Part shown: one piece after another, positions 50,668-63,861 of the stretch
How positions within the stretch are numbered: the stretch's first letter is position 1
How the letters are laid out: every line of letters starts with the position of its first letter
Notes under the pieces: generated by a model
Database searches by the model: none
Told to the model about the DNA's origin: nothing
What the model saw: only the letters and a program-made list of their open reading frames with translations
From: Camelus dromedarius
Lineage: Eukaryota
Assembly (NCBI RefSeq): GCF_036321535.1
Contig: NC_087436.1
Span: 18,788,001-18,852,000 of the forward strand
DNA length: 64,000 nucleotides
Direction: 5' to 3'
Translations under genes and position numbers: made by a program

Positions 50668-53514
50668 ACCACTTCTTAATTTAGGAGGTTTGATTATAAT
50701 TTCAAACAGCAGCATTTTTTTTTCTCCTAGGCATTCTGGATAGCACATCTGTATTGTTAGCCCTCCACCCTAACTTTATGTATTGGATAGAAACAGTGAT
50801 TTCTTTTTATATTTCCATTAAAATTTTTATTTTCAATAAAAAAATTCCAACTTTTCTTAGTGTATTTTAAAAAATTAGCTGGCATGAACACTGATTGATG
50901 TAACAGTTTTTGATCCTTTCTTTTTAAAACCTAAATATTCCAACAGCTTTCACAGCAATAACAATAATAAAACCCCAATTCTTTAACTCTCAGTGCACAT
51001 CTTTTAAGGATTCCAAACATTCTTTATTTGGAATTGAACCATCCTTCCTGGCTGGCGTTGAGGCTGGGCATGGTTATTAATTCATTAGGGGATGGTGGAG
51101 CAACTCTTAGACTCTTCTGCCTTCCTTTGGTCCTGGGAGCCAAGGAGAGAGAGGAGGAGGGGTGGGGGCGGGGGGAAGACAGTGAAGGGAAAAGGGAGAC
51201 AGGGAGACAAAGCCTGAGAGGGAGACGATGACATTAGAGGTGACACATAGCTATCCTAAGCTCCCTCAGTCTGAGGGGAGAATAATGAAGGGTTTTCCCT
51301 GCCTTCTACAGCCCGAGGACAACCCTATGGCCACAGCACCTTTTCTAATCCCATTTTCTATGTGCTGCATGTCATAATCTGTAAGGCACTGGTTCCAAGT
51401 GAAAACACTGAATCCAAACAGTGACTGGGTCTTGTATTTATTTGCACTTTAAAACCACAGTGTGTGGGAAAACTTACTCCTAAAAAGAAAAAAAAAGAGA
51501 GAGAGAAAGGTGTGTGTAGGGGGGTAGGTCGCAGCAAAACAGCACTGGGAGTGTGTTGACATTAAAGTGGAGTCACCAGACCCAGCAAGCCTTCGGATTT
51601 CAGTCCTCTGATTTACAGTAGCGTTTTACCAGTGACAGAAAAGTGTGTATCTCTTTAAAACTTTTTATAGCAATCTCCCCTCTTTCGATTATCTTTATTT
51701 ATTGCAGTTTAGGGCCCCCTGTAACAATAAGCAATCGTCCTACAGTCTTGCTGACCCTACGCACCCCACGGTCTACAGAACCTTGGAAGGCTACAGCAAT
51801 GAGATTCTGAGTGGGAGGGAGGCAGGGTGGTTTCCCTAGGTGCAGGGCCCTGGGAAGAAGTATGTCAAAAGCAGCAGGGTTATGTAGAGCATGTTGTTTT
51901 GCACATGAAGAGCAATGGTCATAACCAGTAAGAAGAACCTGTACCCAGGACACACTGAAATAGCCACTTTTACCATCTTTCCTCTACCAACCTGGTGAGT
52001 AGAACAGTCATTAGATTAAATGGTTGTCATTCTATAAGGAGAGAGTTGAAGGTATAAACGTGTGGAAAGTCTCTGTGTGTCTTCTGAAGGTATGAATAGT
52101 ATTTGTAAACTTCCTGCGAATTAGAGGCAAAGAAGGCCAGATAGGAACTAGAGTGAGGAGATGATTCATTAGCCCAACAGGAGGGAGGGAGGGGGCCAAG
52201 CAGGGAAACTGGAAAACAGGCTGATTTCTGGGGACAGCATTTGTGTCTGCCTGCTAGGAGAGTCCTAGCCAGAACTTAAGAAAGAGCCTAATCTAGCCAT
52301 CTTACAAATGCTGATTAATCATTATAGCAGCAAGTAACTTACTGATAGAGAAACTTTTGTGATTATGATTTAAAAAAATCATTATTTGGACCTGTAGTCA
52401 TTATAATCCTATAGGCAATATGTTCAATATTTTACTTTCAAAATCTGGCTATTTGAGATGCATTTAAAAAAAGTGTAGCATCACTTTATTATGAAATTAC
52501 ACTTATTTTTTTGCAAATGTAAAGCAAAAATAACTCATTTTGAGCTAGTTTACCCTACTAGAAATAGATTGTGACTATTAATCATTAACATTAACTATAT
52601 CTTAATAAAATATTTTAAATAGTTTAAAAAATTGCTGGAGGAGAGGTATTTAAATAGGTATTAATTTAATTTTTAAAATTCTCCTTCCATTGACATTCTT
52701 TAATTTGCTTGTGGACAATTTGGGTCATTTCTTTGTTTACCTTCTGGGGTTACACATTTATTCTCTATGTGACAATTCCAAAAGAAGATACTTAGCTCAC
52801 TTTTGGTTTGATAGAATTTCTTGGCTGAAGATTAGAGAGTTTAAAAATCCACAAATGCATACTAAACATTTTACAGTAATTATGCCTACTGGAGCAGTAA
52901 TAGGACGACTCCACTTTTTAAAAATTTTTTTTTTTAATTTTTAATCCCTAAAATAATTAAAGATATGAAGAAAAAAATCTGATCCAACCAGGGACATCTA
53001 ATAACTTGGTCATAAGGCTGTTTGATTGTTAGAATCCTGAAGTGTATTGTCTGGGTTTTGGAATTTAGTTATTATCAGATCTGGCCTATCAACTCAGAGG
53101 AAGAATGCTGAAGCCATCCTTACCCAAAAGAAAACCTTTTTTTAATCAGCATTTTTTTTTTCACTCAGGTTATAGTTCAGCTTTCACATCTAGTAGAATT
53201 TGCTACTTCCCATTCAAATATCATTATTTTTACCTTTTGCTATCTAGTAGTTACTTGTTTAAAAAAATAGCATTACAAAGAAATCATTTCATGTCATTTA
53301 TCATTGTTTTCAATGGAATTTTGGCTCATTTAGTACATTCTCATTTCAGAAGAATTAATGGATACCCTAATGGGTGTATAAGCAGGATCACTTGTATGTT
53401 TTATGAAGCTGATATCCTATTTTTTAAATGATAATATTCTGGTAAGATCTCTAGTCATTTCATCTCAGAATAATGTGAATACTGTAATAGGTCTAATCTT
53501 ATAAGTTCTAGTAA

Positions 53515-53680
53515 ATTATGGATGCAGACTTTGGTTTCATTCCAACATTGTTACTAACTCGCTGTATGATCTTGGACAATGCACTTAATATTGTCAGACT
53601 TCAGATTTCTTATTCTAAAATGATGACAGAGGAAGGGATCCTCCAAGATCCTTTTTTTTTTTTAAATTTCAAAGTTTTAT
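53515..53680 (+). mobile_element. MIR/MIR3 fragment
   Basis: 'actaactcgctgtatgatcttggacaatgcacttaat...cttcagatttcttattctaaaatg'. Confidence 0.65.
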
Positions 53681-53934
53681 GATACAGAACTTGCATGAAT
53701 TTAACTGAGTGCTGTGTAGGAAACCACAGTTACTGTGATAGTGTGATTGAATTAAATTGAACACTGGTTTTCTTTTTAGGCTCTTAGAAGTATTACTGAA
53801 AAGAAAATTGAGCTATCCCTAATGGTTCTGGCCATTTCATTTGGTTTTGCTTCATATTATCTGATGGTTGACTAAAAGTAAAAAGAGATACTACACAGTA
53901 GCTGGGACTGACTTAGAAAATAATATCACACTTT

Positions 53935-54930
53935 GATTAGTTAGGAATCTATTGGTTGCAAGTGGCAGAACTCCAACTCAAGTTACCTTTTTTTTTTTTT
54001 TAAATTGTGTAATGCACCCAGAGCCAAATCTTGAGAGATTTATAAATGTTTGGGAATTAGTTGTTATATATTTTAAACCCCATCTTAACATTTGCAAATA
54101 ATATCAGGATCCAATTTTTGAAAATAAATTAATGTCTTAAGGTAAGTAGATATCAGCTTCTCAGCAGAGAAAAAATTCTACATGCTGTTTGGATTGGTTC
54201 TATTTTAAATGCTCCAATTAATCATTTCTTCTTCATGATATTGGAGTAATAATATTAATGGGTTATACAGTACTTAATGTGTACCAGGTTTTTAATAACC
54301 TCTATTAACTCAAAAAAATTCCTATGAGATGGGTTTACAGATGAGGACAGCGAGTCATAGGTAATATAACTTGCTCAAAGTCACACAACTCTAAGTGGCA
54401 AAGCCAAGATATGATTCTAGGTAGACTGGATGCAGAGTGGCATTAAAGCTCTAATCACACCTTAAGCAAAATAAGGGGGATATTTTAGACTCTGTCGTCA
54501 TCCAGTGAAGGATGGTTCTACTTAAGGTACAGGTAGATTCAGGGTTTCAGTAGTGTCGTTAGAGCTTTGTTTCTCTATTTCTTTGCCCTGTTTTCCTATT
54601 GGTTTATTGCTCAGGCAGTCAGGTTCTCAATATGAGAGGAATGGAAGCCCCAAGGATATCCTTTTTAATTTTGATTAAAAGGAAGAGAGACTCACTTACA
54701 ACAGGATTATATCAAATCCCAAATCTGACTAGCTTTCATTAGGTTGTATAGTCGTCCAATCATTGTGGTTGGGATAGGGATGGAGTATTCTGATTGGCTA
54801 GCTGTGAGTCATAGGATCACCATGTGGCCACGGGCAGGTTCATCCCACCTGAATCACGAGAAATGGACTTTCCAAAGGGTAGTAGGCTTCCATTATCAGA
54901 AGTGTGATGGATGTGCTGAAAAGACATAAC
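53935..54930 (-). mobile_element. Old MaLR LTR (MLT1J/K/L-like) in two pieces, 53935-53989 and 54459-~54930
   Basis: 'attagttaggaatctattggttgcaagtggcagaactccaactcaagttacctt' joins 'aagcaaaataagggggatatttt'; further on 'tattctgattggctagctgtgagtcat'. Confidence 0.7.
54245..54458 (-). mobile_element. MIR SINE inside the insertion that splits the MaLR LTR
   Basis: 'tttacagatgaggacag...aacttgctcaaagtcacacaactctaagtggcaaagccaagat...gactggatgcagagt'. Confidence 0.8.
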
Positions 54931-55719
54931 AAAGTCACAAATTTAACACAAGGTCTTAGATTGAATACTTCTTTGGCAGTTGAAAAATTTAAGCCAAATG
55001 GATAACTTGTGAACATGCTTGGAAAACAACAATGATATCCACCAGTAGTTGAATGCTTCAAATCATTCTTTAAACCATTCAATCAGGCAGGTGTCAAGAC
55101 CCTTCCTGAACTAATTTAAAATTGATCTGCCCAAGGATTCAGAACTTTGCCTTATTCATGCATTTATTTCATTCTTTTAATAATTTATAGTGGTGAAGCT
55201 TTGTATTCTCCAAGGTATTCAAGATGGGCACCTTGATTTTCTTACTTCTTAACACATGCTTCTAATATTGCTGCTCCATTCCTACTCTATACAATAGAGA
55301 GTAGAACTTGAAATGATTTTGGGTATATTTAGGAAATTCTTCAAAAGCAAAGGACAAGATGTCATCTTTTCAGACTTCTGCCTACTTGTAGTTTAAACTT
55401 TCCATTTGGAAAATTTCCTTGTGATTAAAACTTTCCATTTGGTACCATTCAGTATTGATTGAATTCTATTCTGAATCACAGGAACATCTTAAGTCGTATG
55501 TTGGGTAGAAGTTCAGGCAGCGTTTACTTTTGTCACTTATCATCAAAACGCAGAGACAGGGGGACACATGCCATTCAATGATTACTAGTTATTAATAATT
55601 AGAACTAGAGATCTTTTAATTGGCAAAAGCTTTTATTTAACAATCCATATAATTAAGCTAAAAAAATTTGCTAGTGCTGTGTTTTTAGGTCACGTTCAAG
55701 CCAGCACACTGAAGAATAG

Positions 55720-55935
55720 AAATGTCCTCTGGCAACACATAGAGTTGGTTCCAAACCCAGCTCCTCCAATTACTGGTTCTGAGGCTCTAAGCAAGTGACT
55801 TACTCTCCAGGGCCTCATCCGTATTTGAGAAATGGGAGAGTCCTAATCCTTCTTCACAAGGTGCATGTCAGTGCAAAAATGAGGCGTCTGGGTGTCAATT
55901 CCTAGCATAATGCTAAAAATTTAATAAATATTATT
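55720..55935 (+). mobile_element. MIR SINE
   Basis: 'ggttccaaacccagctcc...gcaagtgacttactctccagggcctc...aaatggg...ttaataaatatt'. Confidence 0.7.
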
Positions 55936-57659
55936 TAGGTTTTTTTCTTCCTTACTTTTTCCTCTTCCTTTCTTCTCTTTTTCTCCTTTCCTTTAAAAAA
56001 AAAAATCTAGCCTCACCACCGTAGATCCATTCTTTGTCACCTGTTTTAATTAAAGGATGAGCAGACTTAATTGAAGAAATAATTGACTAAATGTCAATTT
56101 ACTTAAGAGAAAAAACCCCATCCCCAATAGTAAATAATATGTAGATGTTTCCTTATGATAAATTAGGAATGAGTTGGTTTAAATCATACACTGTTAAGTG
56201 ACTTCTTACTTTTCCCTGGAGGAAAGTAGTCAAACAATTATGTTACTGCTAAATATTTACAAACTAATGAATAATTATATGTTCACAGTCTAGTTTTGCC
56301 AAAGGAAGGGGAAGAAAGAGTCTAGTAACCTAGTAAAATGCTGGAAGTCTTAAATAAATACATTTTAGCCTTGCTGTCTTTGACTTCTTTTTGTACAGTT
56401 TGACACTTGAAAAAGCTACAAGCAATGAGAGAACAGAATGAATATGTGTATCTTGGCATTGGAAATGGATATAATCCTTACATAGTGCATGTTCTGCTAA
56501 CAGAATCAACCCTGGTTCATAGCAAGTACCAAGAGTATATTTAGTCCATACTACACAGTTCAGAGTTTTTTTTTAAAAAAATCCTTTTTGTATGTTTTTA
56601 TTATTAAAGGAGGTAATGATTTTGTCCTGAACCTTTTTTGATATGAAAAAAAGAGCAGCCCTTTGTTCTTTTCCTGAAAGACATTTTAAAAAAATGAGAT
56701 TTCAAATGATGGCGCTGTATTTTTACAGATTATAAAAAGTTATTGAATTTTAAGCAATTAAACATAACAAAGGCAAATTCAAGGGAGTCGTCTTCTGGGA
56801 AACAGTTTTCTAGACAATAGCATCAAAAGTCAGGCTTCCCTTAAGGGGATTGAAGCTCAACAGTCGCTCCACTGCTGGGCAATGGGCAGGAACTGGACAT
56901 TGGGGGTTTAATTGCTGTTTTGCTGTAGGTCATGCCTTGCTGTTTCAATTAAATCTCCAGTGTGAAGAATCCCTTTTCCCCTTCTTCTTGCTTTTGATCA
57001 CCTAATGGGAAGGAGCCCCTGTTCCTCAGGGAAATAACTCCAGGCAGTGTGACTCAATCTCTCTGTCTCTCAGTTTAATCTAATTTTAGTGTTATTATAG
57101 CAAATCAAATGTAAAGAAGGAGTAGAAGTGATGTTCATGTCTCTGCTCCTCATTATTGTTTTCAGTGCAGTTTTTAACCAGCAAGGGGAAAAGAGTTGAT
57201 TTTAATCTTAAGAGTTTTACATTTATATAGAAGGAGAAGAAGCCAGGTGGAAATGTAAGTCTGGAAAGCACCAGGATATATTTGGCCTCAGCCTCTGCAG
57301 TTGAGTAAAAATTATAATTTTGAAAAAGTCTTGGGTTTTCAAATTAGCAACCTATTTATCCTAATCATTATTTTAATGATGGAGACTCTCAGTGGGCAGA
57401 AGTACTAGCCTCAAGACAGTTGTAGCCTAGCACAGCAGGTGAAAAGTGTACATAAATCACTTGAATGTTTAAGGTAGTGTGCTAAATTATTATAAAAAAG
57501 AGTTATATTGATAAGCTTTCAGAGTTCACAGAAAGGAGAGATGATTTCTGTTGGAATGTGAAGCAGGGGACAGTGAGGATTAGAAAGGCAAACGGAAGGA
57601 CATCCAAGAAGCTGATGATCTTTGAGTAAAAACTTGAAGCTTACTAAAGTTTTTTTTAC

Positions 57660-57801
57660 CACTTTAATTTTTTTGAGGGGAAGGTAATTAGGCTTATTTT
57701 ATTTTATTTTATTATTATTTTTAAAGGAGGTACTGAGGATGGGACCCAGGACCTCGTGCATGCTAGGCACGCCCTCTACCATTGAGCTATACCCTCCCCC
57801 C
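57660..57801 (-). mobile_element. Vic-1-like tRNA-derived SINE
   Basis: 'ggaggtactgaggatgggacccaggacctcgtgcatgctaggcacgccctctaccattgagctataccctcccc'. TSD-like taaag(t/a)tttttttta on both sides. Confidence 0.9.
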
Positions 57802-58446
57802 AATAAAGATTTTTTTTAAGTGGAATTTCAGGTGTAATGTTATATTTCAGAGATACTGCAGTGTGAGAAAAGACCACCCATCTTAACACAACTATTATGA
57901 ATCTAGTTGAATTAATTTAATGATTTCCAACCATTTTTTAATAAAGGCTATATATGTTTTTATTGAGTAAAGCTAAAACTTTCTATGCGTGTGCATTTGT
58001 GTGGTTGGGTATGGATTTTAAAAGCCAGTATATGGGTGTGATTATCAGTCTATTCCAGTTTTTATCTTCATGAGGAATTTTAATCTCTGCCTATTCCAAT
58101 GCTTTGCCAATGAAAACTACAGCCGTGATAGTCTCCTACTCTTTGAGGTTAAACAAGTTGATGTTATGAAACTGGGGTCCCTAGGAAGGTGTAGACATGG
58201 AAATATTTTTACCATGTGGTACATAAATGACTAATTTATTTAAGCTGATATCATTGAAATACTATTTGTAAGTGATTTCATATCCAGAAAAAAATTGGCA
58301 TCAAGTATTACAAATCCATAGCACACAGTTCTCCTTTCTCCATTTCAACCCCAAGAAATCATATTTTTGCCCTAATAATCTTTTGTGAGTCCTAAAAGGC
58401 TAGAGTTTGGTTTAAAACTTGTTACTTAGGGATTTTACAAAAATTT

Positions 58447-58952
58447 TGTCAACTGAAATAAAATACACAACCTATAAGTTGAGAGTTACATTTTTTTCAG
58501 CAGTCTTTCTGAGAACTCAAGTCTGAGGGGCAGCCTCTCAGATCCCTCTAAGAGACTGTTCCAAAGAGGCAGGGGAGGAGCCAGGATATACAGGAGATTT
58601 GCCACAAAGACCAGGTAGTCGGAACATTAAAAAATTAGTTAATTAAAGAAAAGCAGATGTCTCAAGTTAGGGAACTTGGTGCTTTTCTATGTATGGGAAG
58701 GTGCAAAGGTCTGGGCTTATTGAAATCATTCCTTTGATATACACCTGGCTGTCTAGGGCCAGTATCCTGTTCTTTCCCATCCTGAGTTCCCTTAGTGGGC
58801 AACGTTAGGGGTGGTGGCAGAGGACCCACTGCCTGCTTATCTCCATCCTGAGTTCCTTCTGCTCACTGTTGAAGGTGGTGGTAGCAGCTGATGACTTGAT
58901 GGCCACAGCATCCTTTGTTTACCGATATAGCAGGCAATATTTTTCATTTACA
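58447..58952 (-). mobile_element. ERV1-class solo LTR (506 bp), resembling MER41-like cetartiodactyl families
   Basis: TG...CA termini, 4-bp TSD attt/atct, internal direct repeat ccatcctgagttcc. Family and strand recalled from memory. Confidence 0.75.
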
Positions 58953-59279
58953 ATCTCAAAAGACCTAAGCAAATAGATGAATCACATCTTCATGGAGGTC
59001 CCCTCCAAAAATTAAAAAAAAAGAATACCTCATAGTCCAGGAATAGTATCAAGTGTAACTTAATTAACTGGCTGCTTTTCAAAGAACAAGTAAGGTTCAG
59101 ATTTGTGGTTGGGAACAAAAAGTGGTGTTGTTGAGTTTAATTAACTAGAGTTTAATTCATTATTTATACCCTTGGAATTTCATTTGAACAATGTGATAAT
59201 GAGCAGGTCATTCTACAAAAGAATGATGAGTAAAAATGCACTGGTTTTTAGCCCTGTAGCTTTAAAATAGCATGATGTA

Positions 59280-59490
59280 GGTGGCTTTGAGGTAACTACG
59301 TTCAGACAGATGTAGGTTTCAATCACGCCCACATTTCCCATTGAGGCTATGGATATGTTACTTTTTTGGATCCTCACTTTCCTTATAGGTTGAATGAGAA
59401 GAATAGTGTTTAACTTGGAGGATTATTTAAAGATAAATGAAGAAGTGTATGTTAAGCACCAGACGTATAATTGACACTCTGTAATTCATA
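59280..59490 (+). mobile_element. MIR SINE
   Basis: 'tcagacagatgtaggtttcaatc...cctcactttccttatag...tgtatgttaagcacc'. Confidence 0.6.
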
Positions 59491-61794
59491 GGTTTTATTA
59501 TTGCTGCTGTGTATTAATTTCAGAAGGAATTTTGAGGCCCTGTTGAATCCTTAAGAATACTTGTTGATGTTAAATAAAAAGAGGGAAAAATTCAGAGAAG
59601 TCTGTGTTACCAAGAGTGTCGTGAAACAAAATCTCACTCATTTCCGGTGACAGTGCAGATTGGAGCATCTCTTTTGGAAAAAGTCTTAGCCGTTTGATTA
59701 TCTACTGTAACACTATAGCGGTGCAAGAATGCACCATTTAAAAAGTGTGGATTAGGAGAACTGAGTGGGCAGAAAAGGCTTGTGATGATTCAGTGGGAAA
59801 AAGGGAGCCCACTGGGATCAGGAAATGTCTTTATGGTAAACACTGGAAAAAGCTAGAGAGAAGGAAAAAAATTGTCAACCTCCATTGAATTAAAATCTTT
59901 CCTCCCACTTTTGGCCTATGTTGACATCATGACCGAACTATTTGCAGAAGGCAGAGACTGTAGCAGATAGTGGTGTAACCACCTGGATATTAGCAGTCAG
60001 AAACTGGGAGAGACTAATCCTGTGGTCAAGATTTTTCAGCCCAAGTCTGGGATTCAGGGGCCTGTGTGCCAAGCCAAGGAGTGAAAACACACCCTGATGA
60101 AAGCCCTTCCAGAGTCAGCACATTGAGGGAGTTCCACTGAGGCCAGGACCTGTACATAACACCAACCTCAAGGACTCACATGAGGGGTGTGACTGTGTTT
60201 TCCAGGCTGGTGCCATCCCGTCTTCCAGCTTGCGCACAATCCATACATCTGTGTGTGACGTATATCACACAGCCTTTTCTGTTACTTCTATTTCTTATCA
60301 TCATTTCTTGGTGTAAGAGCTTGTCCTTTGTTTTAAACATTCCCAGGCTTATTGGGCAAAGTGTGAGGGATATATTAACTACTACCATTCCCCAGAACTA
60401 ATTATCTGTGAGGCTGCAGAAAAACTTACCTAGGTAGAGGTAGCCCAGTAGTAGATCCAGAAGATATTTACACATTTTTGCTGCAGTAGTTGTAGGATCC
60501 CACTCCCACATCTGAAAAGTATCTGGAAAATACATAAAGAAGTTCAAAGTTAAACATTTTGAGGTAATATATCTACCCCAAATAAGTAGTAGAATGTTAT
60601 GCTTCTAATAATAGTTTTACATGTGAAAAATACCCATATCATATAATGTTATATGGGAAAGAGAAGGTACAATATTTGATATAAATATATATGATAATTA
60701 CAATAATATAAAAACCAGGCATTTATAAAAAATGAAAGTTATATATAAAAATGATAATACTTCTATTGGGCTGTATGCTTATGAGATATTATTTGTATGT
60801 TTATTTATGCATTTTTTTCTTTTAAGATATACTATTATATCTATATCTTTTGAGACTTGTAAAGAGTAAGAGAGGAATTAAGTATTTTACTGTGAACATA
60901 ATACTCTCGAGCTCAAGTTCCCAAAAGTGGGATTTATTTGGAAATGGATTATAATTAAATAAGAAAGTAGACATATTCCTGATTTTAAGATTAAAAATAG
61001 AAAAATATCTTCAAAACATCTGAAAGTTAAGGATCTTACCATCACACTGACTAGATGTTTTTATTTATGCCACAGTGTAAACACAAATTGTAGATATTGG
61101 AAATGCAGGGTATACCTTATCTAAATTTTGGGGGCATTTTTGCATCTTTGCCCTCATCCGTGTTTCCAAAATATAAAGTCTTTTCCTGGCATTACTTTAC
61201 TGTGTTGGTTTTCTTCCCCATTTATTAAAACAAAAAATGGTAGAGAAAATGTCAAAAGACTGTGTTTCCTAAGGAATATCTATCAGCTCTTAAGGAAAGT
61301 ATATTTTCTAAGTCAAAAAGTCACAAATAATCAAACAAAATCTGTTGGTTGATACTTGATGCCCCCAAATGTCATGGATGTTCAAGGGAACATTTTATCC
61401 TTCTGACCAGATTTATCATACCCCTTTTTACTTAGAATATATATATATGAAAAGTACTCCTTTTTCAACATGATCCTTCTCTTTCCAATTAAACTTTAAG
61501 GGCATTTTTTCTTTTTCTTCTTCTTCTTCTTTTAAAGAGTAGACCAGTGATCTTTTCCTCTTATCCTGTTGAAGGCACATTTCTAAGAAGTTTAAATATT
61601 TAGACACTGCTTAAATTAGGCCTTGCAAAAAATCATAATATCCCTCCACTTCTGTCACTCTAATTTTCTGTATATTTGCCTAGTTTCTAACAGATTATAA
61701 ACCCTGTTATAGTTTATAAGGTACTTAGTATCAGAAATTTCTTTTAATTGGAAGCAATAATTTGAAACCAAAAGACCGTTGAAATTAGATTTAG

Positions 61795-62040
61795 AACTAG
61801 AAATCTGCTGCATAGCATGGAGCCTATAGTTAATAAGCTGTATTGTATACTTGAATATTTGCTAAGAGTGTAGATCTTACATTGTGTTTTTATCACACAA
61901 AATAATAATATTAATAAATAAAGAGGATGGGAAGAAACTTTTGGGGGTGATGGAAATATTTATGGCATAGATTGTGGCGATTGTTCATAGGTGTATACTT
62001 AACTCCAGATTCATTAAATTATATGTTAAATATGTACAGG
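61795..62040 (+). mobile_element. Old L1 3' UTR fragment
   Basis: 'gtattgtatacttgaatatttgctaagagtgtagatctta', 'gaaacttttgggggtgatggaaatattt...gattgtggcgattg'. Confidence 0.7.
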
Positions 62041-63861
62041 AAATAAATAGCAAATATTAGAGTGGAAATATAAATGAAATATAGACTAAGAAGACAATAG
62101 AGAAGATCAATGAAACTAAGAGTTGGTTCTTTGAAAAGATAAACAAAATTAACAAGACTCACAGGAAGAAAGAGAGAGGACTCAAATAAATAAAATTAGA
62201 AGTGAAAGAGATGTTACAACTTATACCACAGAAATACAAAGGATCATAAGAGACTACTATGAACAATTATATACCAACAAATTGGACAATCTAGAAGAAA
62301 TGGATAAATTTCTAGAAACATACAACCTATCAAAACTGAATCCTGAGGAATTGAAAATCTGAATAGATTGATTACTAGTTAAGAGATTGAACCAGTAATC
62401 AAAAACCTTCTAACAAACAAAGTCCAAGACCAGAGAGCTTCACTAGTGAATTCTACCAGACATTCAAAGAATAATTAATACCAATCCTTCTCAATCTCTT
62501 CCAAAGTACAAAATGGAGGGAAATCTTCCAAACTCATTTTATGAGACCAGCATTACCTTGACAAGGACCCTACAAATAAATAGATAAATAAAATTACAAG
62601 CCAATATCACCAAAGAGAATAGATGCAAAACCCTCAACAAAATATTAGCAAAACAAATTCAACAATATATTGATCATACAAATTATTAAGTAGGATTTAT
62701 TCCAGGATTGCAAGAGTAGTTCAACATTCTCAGATCAATCTGATACACCACATTAACAAAATGAAGACTAAAATTCTTATGATCTTCTCAATAGATGCAT
62801 AAAAAAGCATTTGACAAAATTCAACATCTATTTATGATAAAAACTCTCAATTGTGGGCAGAGAGGGTATGTACCTCAACATGATAAAGGCCAGCTATGAC
62901 AAGCCCACAGCTAACATTGTACTCAATGGTGAAAAGTTGAAGCTTCTCTTAAGGTCAGGAACAAAACAAGTGTATCCATTATTGCCACTTTTATTCAGCA
63001 ATAATGAAAGTCCTAGCCAGAGTAATTAGTCAAGAAAAAGAAATAAAAAAAGAAGAAGTAAAGCTATCACTATTTGAAGATAATATTGTATCATATATAG
63101 AACACCCTAAAGACATCATCAAAAAAACTGTTAGAACTAATGAATTCAGTAAAGTTCCAGAATACAAAATCAATATATGAAAATCTATTGCATGTCTGTA
63201 CACTAATAACAAACTATCAGAAAGAGAATTTAAGAAGCAATTCCATTTGTAACTGCATCAAAAGACTATAATACCTGGAAATAAATTTAACCAAGGAGGT
63301 GAAAGACCTGTATATCGAAAACTGTAAGACAGTAATGAAAGGAACTGAAGACACAAATCAATGAAAAGATAGTCCATGCTTATTCATTGGAAGAATTGAT
63401 ATTGTTAAAATGTCTATAATACCCAAAGCAATCTACAGATTCAATGCAATCCGTGTCAAATTTCCAATAGCACTTTTCAAAGAAGCAGGAAAAATAATCC
63501 TAAAATTTGTATGAAACCACACTATTAGAATGGCTATTATCAAAAAGACAAGAAATAACAAGTGTTGGCAAGGATGTGAAGAAAAAGGAAGGCCTGGGTA
63601 CTGTTGATGGGAATCTAAATTGGCGTAAGCACTACAGAAAACAGTATGGAGGCTCTTCAAAAAAATTAAAAAAAAAATATAGCTACCATATGGTCCAGAA
63701 GTTCCTCTTATGAATATTTATCTAAAAAAATCCCCAAAACACTAACTTGAAGAGATATATGCACCCCAATGTTCATTGCAGCATTATTTATGATAACCAA
63801 GATATGGAAGCAACCTAAATGCACATTGATTGATGAATGGATAAAGAAATTGTGGTATAAA
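62040..63861 (+). mobile_element. L1 ORF2 fragment (Z/RT region and C-terminus), degraded, with an internal deletion near 63518
   Basis: 'aaattggacaatctagaagaaatggataaatttctagaa' (KLDNLEEMDKFLE), 'aaagcatttgacaaaattcaacat' (KAFDKIQH), decayed RT active-site motif LSLFEDN near 63064-63084, C-terminal 'tgcaccccaatgttcattgcagcattattt'. Confidence 0.92.

Noticed and set aside
55396..55442. Short direct repeat aaactttccatttgg x2 (similar small duplications at ~1591-1610 and ~43147-43175)
   Set aside because: Two copies only, consistent with local slippage; not an array and not CRISPR-like.
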